Below are positions 27,037 through 37,500 of a DNA stretch of 64,000 nucleotides, piece by piece; the stretch's first letter is position 1, and every line of letters starts with the position of its first letter. The translations under genes and the position numbers were made by a program. The notes below the pieces were generated by a model. That model made no database searches, was not told the DNA's origin, and saw only the letters and a program-made list of their open reading frames with translations. The DNA is from Lachnospiraceae bacterium (GTDB lineage Bacteria > Bacillota > Clostridia > Lachnospirales > Lachnospiraceae), in NCBI GenBank assembly GCA_024685635.1, contig JAIKVP010000040.1, positions 67-64,066 of the forward strand, given 5' to 3'.

Positions 27037-27654
27037 CTACTTACCTCCGTCATCAGTTTCATCATATTCATACTCTTCGTAATCTTGACTTTCATCATCC
27101 TCGTTTTTTGGGACTTCCTTTTTAGTCTTTAACGATTTGAATCCGCCAACTAACAAATCAACCACTCGCTTATACTTGCCGTCTGATTTCTCGTCGGGAA
27201 CCCTCTCAATATCATCCTTAGTAACCTTATCAAATTTTGATTGAACCTTAAGCATAGCTAAGGCAGCATTGAATGTTCTTGCTGTATAAAAATCAAGTTC
27301 AAGCTTCTTGTCATCATTTTCATAGAAAACAATCAATACTGGATAGAAAATCGCCGACTTAACTAATGCACATGCCGCACTAGGCTTAGTCTGAAGATTG
27401 ACGCCTCTTCCCATACTCTCTATCGCTTTCTTAACCTTAAATATAGCTTTAGTATTGTTAAGATCGGACTTATATATGTATTCTCTATGCGACATTCCTA
27501 ATGTCACTATCTTGTGTTCACCCTCTGCTGGCCCCCAGGTTTGTAACCTTGCTCTGTCAACAGCCTTAAATCTTCCATCTGTGTCTATCTCGACATGGTA
27601 AAGCAATACACGCTTTATCTCAGCCTTAAAAGGGTCTTTTGTCTTCTTAGCCAC
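27037..27654 (-). CDS. Hypothetical protein
   Basis: 205-aa ORF in the operon, acidic C-terminus. Confidence 0.75.
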   Translation of the reverse strand: MAKKTKDPFKAEIKRVLLYHVEIDTDGRFKAVDRARLQTWGPAEGEHKIVTLGMSHREYIYKSDLNNTKAIFKVKKAIESMGRGVNLQTKPSAACALVKSAIFYPVLIVFYENDDKKLELDFYTARTFNAALAMLKVQSKFDKVTKDDIERVPDEKSDGKYKRVVDLLVGGFKSLKTKKEVPKNEDDESQDYEEYEYDETDDGGK

Positions 27655-27705
27655 CTTTTATCACCTCAAAGTTTAATCTTAATAATCTGCCTCATATGAA
27701 GCAAA

Positions 27706-28857
27706 TCATTCCTGGTCTTTTGCATCATTTGAACTAGTATTTTTAGCTTCTGAAGATGCTTCACTAGTTGCATCCTTTTTTGATTGCTCAGACTTTTTAT
27801 CCGATTTAGATGACTTAGAGGTTCTTGAAATAAGAATTCGGCCATTTGTATCAATCGTAAACTCTAATTTGTATTCCAAATCAAGATACTTGCTCGATAT
27901 TATATATTCATTAACTATCGGCTCATCTGGTGCGATTTTTGAATCGTATATCGATGCTTCTGAACTAGAACTCATTCTTTCTTCATAATCCTTATAAGTA
28001 AATGCTTTGGTTTCTTCAGTTTTTTTAGCATCACTCTTCTTATCAGTTTCTGCCAAAGCGTTTAATAAAGCCTCATTAAGCTTTGCCATTGCATCTGCAC
28101 TTACATCCTCTATACTATCAACACCAAATATAGCTTTAGCAACGCCATTGACCGTATCCTCTAGAATCTTTTCTCTAGGGTCTGCACTAACGTTCATCTT
28201 TTTTAATAGCTCATCTCTAAGATTAGTATCATCATATTCAAATGTAAATGCATCACGCTCGTTCTGAACAGCTAAGTTTGAAATTATAGGATCACCCGAT
28301 GGAATACTAATCTCCCAATCAGACACTCCATTTAAGAACACAATACTGCTACCATATGTATCTGACTCAATATAAAATGGATAATCAGTACCCTTAGCAA
28401 ATACATTCCTATCTCCGACTCTAATTGAAGAAGTAGAAGGATAAAGCTTAGCAATTAGTCCATCCTTTTCTTCCTCTACACTAAATGAAATAGACAGCGT
28501 ACAAACATTGAACTTAACTCCCATTATGTCTTCTTCTTTAATAAATCTAACTATGCTTGGACCAGCATTTTTAGGAGATACTATGTACTCATCTCTTGAC
28601 TTCTTGGTTTTAGTAACTTCTTTTACCTCTACTCTCTCGTAAGCATCAGTAGAAACAGTCCAGAGATTCTCCTTGTCAGTTTTATTCTTAATTGTTAGGT
28701 GCATATCAGCACCTTCCTGCTCAAACTTAACTGGGAAGTCTGATTTAGAAAACAGAGTCTTTTTCTTTTGATTATCAATAATGGCAATAACGATCAAAAC
28801 AGCTATTAGTATAACTATAAGTGCTATTGCAATTATGAGAGCCGTCTTCTTTTTCAT
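27706..28857 (-). CDS. Membrane-anchored extracellular hypothetical protein (start revised to ATG 28857)
   Basis: MKKKTALIIAIALIVILIAVLIVIAII N-terminal anchor; beta-rich body. Confidence 0.75.
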   Translation of the reverse strand: MKKKTALIIAIALIVILIAVLIVIAIIDNQKKKTLFSKSDFPVKFEQEGADMHLTIKNKTDKENLWTVSTDAYERVEVKEVTKTKKSRDEYIVSPKNAGPSIVRFIKEEDIMGVKFNVCTLSISFSVEEEKDGLIAKLYPSTSSIRVGDRNVFAKGTDYPFYIESDTYGSSIVFLNGVSDWEISIPSGDPIISNLAVQNERDAFTFEYDDTNLRDELLKKMNVSADPREKILEDTVNGVAKAIFGVDSIEDVSADAMAKLNEALLNALAETDKKSDAKKTEETKAFTYKDYEERMSSSSEASIYDSKIAPDEPIVNEYIISSKYLDLEYKLEFTIDTNGRILISRTSKSSKSDKKSEQSKKDATSEASSEAKNTSSNDAKDQE

Positions 28858-28937
28858 AGCATAACCTTTCTTAACGCACTTAAGTACCAACGAAGAATCG
28901 CTTCTTCGCTGGCACTTCATAAGTGTTATTATTTCAT

Positions 28938-31900
28938 TTATTCACTGTCAGGATCTGAATCTCCCGGATCTTCAGAAGGCGCTTCAGTTGTGTAAGTGTT
29001 TGCTGGACTAGTAGCTCCGCTTTCAACTGTAACCCATATAATATCCTTCTGAGTTGGATCATCATTAGGTGAAATAACAATCTTGTACTTAACAATGCTT
29101 CCAGTATCGTTATTAGGAACCGTAAACCTGAATCCATTCTTGGTTATCTTAAGTTCCTTACCGGTTAACTCATCCGGAGCATCTCCTACCATTCTATAGG
29201 CCTTGACACTTACGCCTGATGTAGAACCTGTAAGAGTTGTTGTTCCATTAACTTCATCACCGGATTCACATACCATCTGATACTCATGATCCTCAACTGT
29301 AACAATATCTCCACCTGAACTCTTATAGAGCTTGGTTACCATATTGACATCGTTAAGTCTTAAGATACACTCATCATCAGTTCCAAAGAATGTCTGAACA
29401 CCCGTTGTTCCAATTACTCTTGTATCAAATCCTAAATTGCAATTAACAGTATCTATATTCCAATAGTCTTCTTCGCTTGCAAAGAATATCTCAGCCGTTG
29501 TAAGGTTAAGCTTATCATTAATCTCAGGTATGAAGAACTTAATTGTCTGTTCCTCGCCTGCTAGAAGCTTCTTATTGTCTCCGTCGATAAACTTACATAC
29601 ATCGTTTAATGTGATAGCCTTGCTAACTCCCATGTAATCAGTATAGTTAAAGATCATACTGATTGCTGACTTCGCCTTGGAATCTAGTGTCATAGATGAA
29701 GCAGCAGTCTTAAATGTTACTTCTACAGGTGTTACACTTCCCTCACCATAGAACTTCTTAGAAGTAACCTTATGGTTAGGATGCTTATTAGTTAGATCAA
29801 ATGCTCTATTAAAGCCAGCGTAACTTCTCTTAGATCTTGCAGTAGTACTATAACCATCCTTGGCTGTAGCATCTAACACCTCTTCATCTACCTTAAATAC
29901 TTGTGCGGCGGCACCATTAACTCTTCCCTTAATAGCACCATAAGCCGATATCGTAAATCCAGTGATATCCTGCACATATTCAATATCCGTCGGAATCTTT
30001 AGCATCTCTCCACCGCTCACCTTCGTATATCCTAAATCACTTAAGTAGATATACGGTGATTGATATGTGGTCTTAACATCATTAACATCATCAATGCTTG
30101 ATGTATAGTAGAATGAAACTGCTATATCACTGCTTTCAGCTACCAAGCTTTGTTCCTTAGTATCCTCGTCAAGAGCTATATATAACTCTTCCTCAGTTTT
30201 ATCAGAATAGCTATTAGATCCTACTGCCGTTGCTGTAGCTCCTCCCATAGTTCCTGACTGATCAAGCAGGTAATAAGAGTAAGTTCCCATTACTACACCA
30301 TTTCTCACATGTTGAACGACAGCATGATTAAATAGTATTCCAGAATCAGCACAGCTTACGACCATCTTACCAAGGTTTATCATATTCTTGGCCGAAAGTC
30401 CCTTAGCGTAGTACATCATATTGCCGTTAGCATCTTCGCCTAAGAACATCTTACTAGCACTCGCCACTAAATACTGTGAATATGGCAACTCATATACTAT
30501 TGATGACTTAACTGTCTTAGCCTTAGAACCAGCAGCATCATTCTTCTTAACTGCCTTATATGAGCTGGTTGAAGGATATACATAAACGTTAAGCTCATCA
30601 TCTTTGGTTTCTGGTGTACGAGTTACAGGAGTAACCCATTCCTCAGAAGTCCACTCAAACTTATGATCACCAAATTCAATAGGTCCAATTGTAGTAGGCA
30701 TACCAGCCTGGCAGGTAGCCCTTGCTATAAACTGATCTCCACCATCTTCTGGAGTAACAGATGTAAGTGGAATAGTTTCCATATTTCTGACGAACTCATC
30801 ATTAACACCCATCTGAAGGGCACCATCTTTGATAACCTGAGATATAGAAATACTCTTAATATTCCAAATTGCCGTTGAATTATTTTGGCTTGTGACTGTG
30901 AATTCAATACTATTAATCCTCTTCAAATTAACTATAGGATCAAATGTAAATCTATCCGTATGTCCTGCCCTAAACATCCAATCTGGATTAGATGTAAATC
31001 CTATTCCATCCGCGTTCGTCGCGGCTGCCGTGGCCGATCCATTCGTCGATTCGACCGCATTAACGCTTAATTCGTCGTATGCAGCAATCTGTTTTACTAC
31101 ATCCATCGTCATGTTCTTCGAGTTGTTATCAGTATCTGTGTAATTAACTGTTGCCTTAACAGCACCTTCAAATGGTAAATCATCACTAGACCATCCACCT
31201 AAAGTTAACTCACAAAGTACCTTAACTGAAGTTGTTGTATATGATAGTGGGTAATACCTAGCTATCTCAGTCTGAGTTCTACCCTGACGACCTCTTAAGC
31301 TTATCGTCTCTTCCTTGTCATAGTACTCAATGTCAATCCAACCCACATCATCAATAATATAAGTTAGATAACATCCACCACTAGTATCCTCAGATATATC
31401 AATACTATCAATATTAAGCTTATCAAATGGATTTGTATCATCTGATAAATCTTCAGGTATGATTCTTATACCCTTAATCTTTCCATAATCCTGGTTAGTA
31501 GATATAGAAAATCTCTCTGTGACACCTGATCTAAATCCATCTGATGTCAACTGCTGGTTAGCAAGTACATAAGCACTATTTCCATTTGCAAATACAAGCT
31601 GGAAGTAGAAGTGGTTAGATGAACCCGCATCACCATTACCAAGATCCATAATATCGTCTGGCGCTACATTTATACCTATGTTGTAGGTCTTGCGTTTCTT
31701 AAAGAAGCCCCAGTCCATCTCAGCCTGCTCATGAGTCATGTTATATCTAACTTCAGAGTAGTCTGTATCTCTAACATCAACTGTATTGTCAGAGTCAAAT
31801 GAGATTGTGTATGTGCGCTCTGGCATTACAAGTAACTCATCAAACTTAGGCAATGCATTAGAACTTGCATTAGCTGATGCATCAGAAGAAGTATTGGCCT

Positions 31901-34049
31901 TTCTATCACCCATTCCCTGATCGTCATCTGCTTCATCAAGCTCTTTTAACGCCTCATCTAAATCCAACTTAGCCTCTGAATCATCTGTAATAACTGGGTG
32001 TGTCTCGTCAAGTCTTAAGATTTCACCAGCTATTATGTCTCTCTCTAACCAGAAGTTACTATTAGATCCATTCTGACTAACATCCTTGCGATAAGCCCTT
32101 CTCTTACCGTACTGCTCAACGTAAGAAATAGTGACATTATCCATAATCCAGATGCCGCTGCCATTTAAGGAAAGCTGCATTCCAGTAAATCCAAACGCAT
32201 CAGGAGCTTCAACTATGAACTTAAGATGTCCACCTGGAGCTATACCCTGCTCTGTGATAAAGTCTCCATTTTTCTTAGTTGCCCATTCTCCCATAAACGC
32301 GCTTGCTGCTTTCTTCATCAAGCAAGGAGTTGTATTCTTTTGATTGCCCGAACTATCAGTATAGATAAACTTCATACTGACATCGCCGTTGATAGCAGCC
32401 GACTTCTTATCAGAAGTTGCCACATCAATAAGATAAGTTCCCTCACCCGGCGTAAAGCCTAACAGAGGATTACCGTGATTGTACTTAATCATTGTAATCT
32501 TATCTTTACCATTCAATGTCAGCTCTCTACCTGTCTCTTCAGTAGTTGTATAATACATAAATGGATCAGCTGATCCGTATACATATTCAACGGTAGCACC
32601 CTTTAACTTTTGGCCATCTGTATCGATACCGCCTGGTAAATATGACCTACAACCACCCTGATACATCGAGATACCGGCAAGATTAATCTTGTCAGACTGT
32701 GTTTCACTGAGATTGCTCTTCATATTATTCCAAACAATGTCAGTTTCTATTCCGTTAGCTGCTATCTCATCTCTCGCTCGAGTTCCCGAATATAGCGTAC
32801 TAGATAACAGCATAGAAAAGTCTGGGAACAGTCCCTCAAATGCAATCGTATCGCCTCTTAAACCGAAGCCGTATATAACCTCTCCTTTTAATTGTTCTCC
32901 TACCATTACATAGGAGCTTAACACCACAGGCAGCGTTACTTTCCTTGTCCATTTGTGGATATCCTGATATTGAATCTCAATAGCTAAGTTCTCAACTATA
33001 CCATCATAGTCGTTAACATTGTCAGCGGAAGGATTCAAAAAGCTCTCCATTCCACCACCCTTAATATCAGAGAAATCCATTCTCAAAGTGTACATCTGTG
33101 ACTCAGTAGCATAGGTTTTTGGCTTCTTATTCTTAGCGTAGGTATTAAGCTTAAATGAAGAACTATTAGTTCCTCCTTCTCCAATAATAAATACCTTATC
33201 TGTACCACTTGTTGCTAAGGTTTCAGAAGACGTTCTCTGAATATCAGCCACTAAATAGCCTTCATAATCAAGGAACTGCTGTCCAGATATCAAGCCATAC
33301 TCTTCATATCCCTTATAGCTTTCTACCTTATAAACAGCTATACCCTGTGCAGTCCAGCCAGACTTAGTATGTTTGCCAGTTGCCTCATCTATACTTCCGC
33401 TCTCCATATAGATCTCCATGCTCTTAACCTGCTTAATCTCAGCAACAGTCTGAAAAGCATAATCTATATTAGACCATGAATCTAGATTAGTAATTGGCTT
33501 AACAGTCTCCTTATAGTTATAATCCTTAATAACTTCCGATCCGTAGGTTTCAGTTATGTCTTTACCTTCAGCGTAATAGTTAAGCATCGCATTGGTTCTG
33601 TCATAAGCATCAACCTTAGGGAAAACATACTGTGTTCTAGACTTGCCAGAGGTATCTAGATACCTTATACCAAAGTAAATGATGGTATCACCTGCTGTGG
33701 CTCCAGTAGATACTGTAAACGTATAAGTATTACTAGGTGCCTTAAAGGTTTTTCTGTCCTTCCATTTCTCCATATTAGCGTAAGCATCAAAGGAGACGGT
33801 CGACCCATCAGAATCTACCCTGTACTCAGTCGCATCAGCTGCAGACGTGTCATCGCTAGAATCTTCGCCGTTACTAACACTTGCCGGACTTTCTGTCGTG
33901 GAATTATTATTCGCCGCGGCCGCCATAGCAGTTATGGTATCCAAAGCCTTAAACAGCTCATCTCCAGTTCCAGAAGGCATGTAGGCAAATGCAAAAGATA
34001 GGCATAGTAAACCAGCAATTATTCTTTTAAATAATCCTTTTTTCTTCAT
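28938..34049 (-). CDS. Large secreted protein (~1700 aa) with tandem PLAT/LH2-like beta-sandwich repeats
   Basis: Signal peptide MKKKGLFKRIIAGLLCLSFAFAYM (RBS GAGGA; the ORF-track start is TTG 34079); repeats such as FRAGHTDRFTF...LKRINSIEF...WNIKSISI. Confidence 0.8.
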   Translation of the reverse strand: MKKKGLFKRIIAGLLCLSFAFAYMPSGTGDELFKALDTITAMAAAANNNSTTESPASVSNGEDSSDDTSAADATEYRVDSDGSTVSFDAYANMEKWKDRKTFKAPSNTYTFTVSTGATAGDTIIYFGIRYLDTSGKSRTQYVFPKVDAYDRTNAMLNYYAEGKDITETYGSEVIKDYNYKETVKPITNLDSWSNIDYAFQTVAEIKQVKSMEIYMESGSIDEATGKHTKSGWTAQGIAVYKVESYKGYEEYGLISGQQFLDYEGYLVADIQRTSSETLATSGTDKVFIIGEGGTNSSSFKLNTYAKNKKPKTYATESQMYTLRMDFSDIKGGGMESFLNPSADNVNDYDGIVENLAIEIQYQDIHKWTRKVTLPVVLSSYVMVGEQLKGEVIYGFGLRGDTIAFEGLFPDFSMLLSSTLYSGTRARDEIAANGIETDIVWNNMKSNLSETQSDKINLAGISMYQGGCRSYLPGGIDTDGQKLKGATVEYVYGSADPFMYYTTTEETGRELTLNGKDKITMIKYNHGNPLLGFTPGEGTYLIDVATSDKKSAAINGDVSMKFIYTDSSGNQKNTTPCLMKKAASAFMGEWATKKNGDFITEQGIAPGGHLKFIVEAPDAFGFTGMQLSLNGSGIWIMDNVTISYVEQYGKRRAYRKDVSQNGSNSNFWLERDIIAGEILRLDETHPVITDDSEAKLDLDEALKELDEADDDQGMGDRKANTSSDASANASSNALPKFDELLVMPERTYTISFDSDNTVDVRDTDYSEVRYNMTHEQAEMDWGFFKKRKTYNIGINVAPDDIMDLGNGDAGSSNHFYFQLVFANGNSAYVLANQQLTSDGFRSGVTERFSISTNQDYGKIKGIRIIPEDLSDDTNPFDKLNIDSIDISEDTSGGCYLTYIIDDVGWIDIEYYDKEETISLRGRQGRTQTEIARYYPLSYTTTSVKVLCELTLGGWSSDDLPFEGAVKATVNYTDTDNNSKNMTMDVVKQIAAYDELSVNAVESTNGSATAAATNADGIGFTSNPDWMFRAGHTDRFTFDPIVNLKRINSIEFTVTSQNNSTAIWNIKSISISQVIKDGALQMGVNDEFVRNMETIPLTSVTPEDGGDQFIARATCQAGMPTTIGPIEFGDHKFEWTSEEWVTPVTRTPETKDDELNVYVYPSTSSYKAVKKNDAAGSKAKTVKSSIVYELPYSQYLVASASKMFLGEDANGNMMYYAKGLSAKNMINLGKMVVSCADSGILFNHAVVQHVRNGVVMGTYSYYLLDQSGTMGGATATAVGSNSYSDKTEEELYIALDEDTKEQSLVAESSDIAVSFYYTSSIDDVNDVKTTYQSPYIYLSDLGYTKVSGGEMLKIPTDIEYVQDITGFTISAYGAIKGRVNGAAAQVFKVDEEVLDATAKDGYSTTARSKRSYAGFNRAFDLTNKHPNHKVTSKKFYGEGSVTPVEVTFKTAASSMTLDSKAKSAISMIFNYTDYMGVSKAITLNDVCKFIDGDNKKLLAGEEQTIKFFIPEINDKLNLTTAEIFFASEEDYWNIDTVNCNLGFDTRVIGTTGVQTFFGTDDECILRLNDVNMVTKLYKSSGGDIVTVEDHEYQMVCESGDEVNGTTTLTGSTSGVSVKAYRMVGDAPDELTGKELKITKNGFRFTVPNNDTGSIVKYKIVISPNDDPTQKDIIWVTVESGATSPANTYTTEAPSEDPGDSDPDSE

Positions 34050-34103
34050 AGCGCATCCTCTATTCTTGTCTTTTGCCAATGATAAGTTAACAGTTACACT
34101 CTA

Positions 34104-34139
34104 ATTATATCAAGCAGGATACAACAAAAGTGCAACAAA
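34104..34139 (-). promoter_or_regulatory. T4SS-regulon promoter copy 2
   Basis: Minus strand TTTGTTGCAC TTTTGTTGTA TCCTGCTTGA TATAAT. Confidence 0.85.
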
Positions 34140-34178
34140 GCAAAAATTATCAGTCAGCTTAAACTAAATAAACATATC

Positions 34179-34478
34179 TTATCTTATATTAAGCAAACCT
34201 GCTAACCCTGTCATTTCGAAGACTTCCATAACATTTTCGTTAACATTAGTAAGAGTAAGCTTGCCACCATTTTGATTGATCTTAATATATAGATTACGAA
34301 TCGAACGCAATCCAGCGCTTGAAACATACTCTAACTCCTTCATATTGAGGGTAATGTTCTCAAACCTGTCAGACATTTGGGCAAAGAGTGCATCAGCATC
34401 TCTCGCAGTCTTGGTATCAAGGTCTCCTGACATAAGAAGTTCCCCTTCATTACCACGATCAACTAACTTAATGTCCAT
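34179..34478 (-). CDS. STAS anti-sigma factor antagonist (RsbV-like)
   Basis: GDLDT..A, LEYVSSAGLR with the phosphorylatable Ser, VMEVFEMTG. Confidence 0.95.
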   Translation of the reverse strand: MDIKLVDRGNEGELLMSGDLDTKTARDADALFAQMSDRFENITLNMKELEYVSSAGLRSIRNLYIKINQNGGKLTLTNVNENVMEVFEMTGLAGLLNIR

Positions 34479-34504
34479 AACTAAATCCTCCTAAAATTTA
34501 TATA

Positions 34505-37500
34505 CTATTTCTTCTTTCTCTGCTCTTTAATGTATGCTGCAAGCTCTTCGACGGTTACCTCGATAACGTCTTCGCCCATTTCAGCCATTCTCTCTTCAAT
34601 ACCCATATTGGCATATTCCTCCGCAGCTTCAGCTAACAGTTCTGCAAACAAGAATGGAGCTGGCTCATATTCTTCTGATTCATCATCAGAGAACAAGTCA
34701 TCTATATCATCATCTGAACTATAGCTAAATTCATCATCATCTGAATCATCAGTTGAACCGAAGTCAAAGTCAAATTCGTCTGAACTGTCATCAGTATCAA
34801 AATCAAAGTCAAACTCATCATCGGATGAATCTGAATCGAAATCATAATCAGATGAATCTGAAGAGTGTTCATCATCGCTTCTAGATGAATCTAAACTCTC
34901 ATCAAGAGTATCAAAATCAAAGTCAAACTCGTCGTCATTTGAACTGTCATCTTCTAAGCTGTGGTCATCACTAGGCTTAGAATCCTCAGTCGCGTTCGTA
35001 TTAGGACTAGTTAAATAATCATCTTCATCACTAAACATGCTTGTGATAAAGTCGTCATCATCATCAATATATGAAGAGTCCTGAGTGCTGCTATTATCAG
35101 CAAATGCAGTAGGAGCGGACATTCTGTTAGTATCATAACTAACAGCACCAGAAGCTGAAGCAACAGCTTGGCCCTGATTGATTCCTGCACCGATTGAGAT
35201 CCATTTTAGTCTCTCAACAAGCTCATCCTCCATCTCCTTACGAATAGACTCCCTAAAGTCAGAAAGCTTCATTTCTAACTCTTCTTCACTATATACTGAA
35301 CCCTTCTCTTTAGCCTTGCTAGCGCCAGCCTTAACATTGTCATTAAGACTGATATCCTCAAAACTAATCTCATCAGCGTCATTATCAAACTCATCTTCGC
35401 TAACCTCAGCAAGGTTGATAGATCCAAATCTACCCATAGCCATCTCGTATTCCTTACGATTGACAGCCTCCTCAGCTTCCATAAGCTTGTCGAATGAATT
35501 TCTTCTCTCTTCTTGTCTAGGCGACTTAGCAGTCTCCTCTAATCTAATCTCGTTATCATCAGATGACTCTCGCTCTAACTCTAAAGCCTCATCAACTGAA
35601 ATCTCACTAAATGTAAACGAAGACTTCTTCTCTTGTTTTTCAACTTTTTCACTCTCAGAAGCCTTGCGCTCCTCATAGTTGACATCATGAGTCTCTCTAC
35701 TATCAGCAACAAAGTCCTCCCAGTTAGTAACACCCTCGTCTCCAAAGAAGTAATTGGTCTGAAAATCCTGATTCTCAAACATGTCAACAAATGAATCAGG
35801 CACCTCTATCATAAATGAAGACCTAGAGGTAGGACTCATAATTGTAAATACCTCGCCTCGCTTAGCACCTACAATGTCCTCCTGCTCACGCTCATTGATT
35901 CCACCAGCCTTCTCATAAAGCTTGCACAAATCATCCATATCATTAGGAGCAAGTGAAAATACAAAGCTGTACTGACACGCGTTGATGATAGCAGATGATT
36001 TACGAGCAATCTCCTCACTACCAACAAAGTCCTTGATATTCTGTGTGATAACAATCTGCATACCGTTATACTTACGGATACGCTTAGCAAGCTGATACAT
36101 AAAGTCTAAGGCAACCGGGAACTTAGTATCAATAAATACATGCGCCTCGTCTATAACAACTACAATCTTACGCTTTAAGTTATACTTAATGTTGTAGTCA
36201 CGATTCTTAATAATCTCGTTGTCAATATACTTAAGTACTAAGAGCATCTGCGCATTGGCAATTGTTGTATTTCTGTTAGCAAGCATCGACTGGAAGTTGA
36301 ACACCGAAAAGTTCTCATCTGTTGTTATTGTAGATGGTCCATTCCAAATGTTAGCATTACGTCCACCAGTAGAGAACTTGGAAATGTAATTGACAAGCGA
36401 TCTAAGTAGCTGTCTTAAGTACTCGTTATTGGTTCTCTCAAACTCCTGTAAAACTACATCATACAAATCGTCAAATATTGGATAATCCTCAGCATCAAAG
36501 CCTGAAAGGTCTGTCTCAGGTGTGATTCCAAAGTTGAGATACATTCTCTCAACCAAGGAATTAAGATACTCTAGGGCATCCTTATCTATATCTGGAAGTA
36601 TCTGTCTAAAGAACTCCTCTAAGAACTGCAAATGTGTAGCAAAGCTTCCACCAGGTCCGCCACCGTCAGTTCCTGCCTCATCATCATCTAAAGCAGTGAT
36701 AATGTGGAAAGGATTAAGCCTTCCATAGGTTGCATTACCTACATTAATAACCTTACCATGAAGGGTGTTAGCAAGCTCAGAATACTCATTCTCAGGGTCA
36801 AGAATAAATATCTTAGCATCCTCAGATGCAAGGTTAGTAAGAAGTGACTTAGTAGCATAAGACTTACCAGAACCAGACTTACCAACAATAACCATGTTAG
36901 AGTTAACTCGCTCGCTATCTCTTCTAAAGAAATCAATAAATACTGGAACTCCCTGTGAAGACCCCAGCTTTATACCGCCCTTATCTGAAATGTGGGCAAA
37001 TATCCAAGGATACATACCTGCGATTGTATTAGTAGGTATTCCTCTTGCTTCCTTAACTAAAGGATCATAGTTAGATACCTGCGATCCGATGAAAGACTGA
37101 ATCTGCAAGAAGTCCATTCCGGTAACTCTCATTCCAGACTCATTCCAGCTTCTTCTTACAGTCTTCTTCATATCTGCAACATAAGGCATTACAGTCTTAA
37201 AATTCTCATTGTATAGAGGATTCTCTGCGGTAGCACTAGCGTCATAGGCTGTAATGTAAATGTTGACATTCATCAAAGCCTCATTTTCCTGCTGCAAGGT
37301 TACAAGCAAAGAAGATAATGTATCAATATGCTCCTGAAGCTCTATAACCTTTGAATCAAGCGATGTGGTCATATACTGTCCACGAAGCTCTGATAAAGAT
37401 CTATCAATAGCCTTAATAGCCTTGCCATTGTCCATAGGTGTCACCTTAACGACAACCTTAGTACTAGGAAATGACATAACTCCAGCAAGCCATGCATCAC

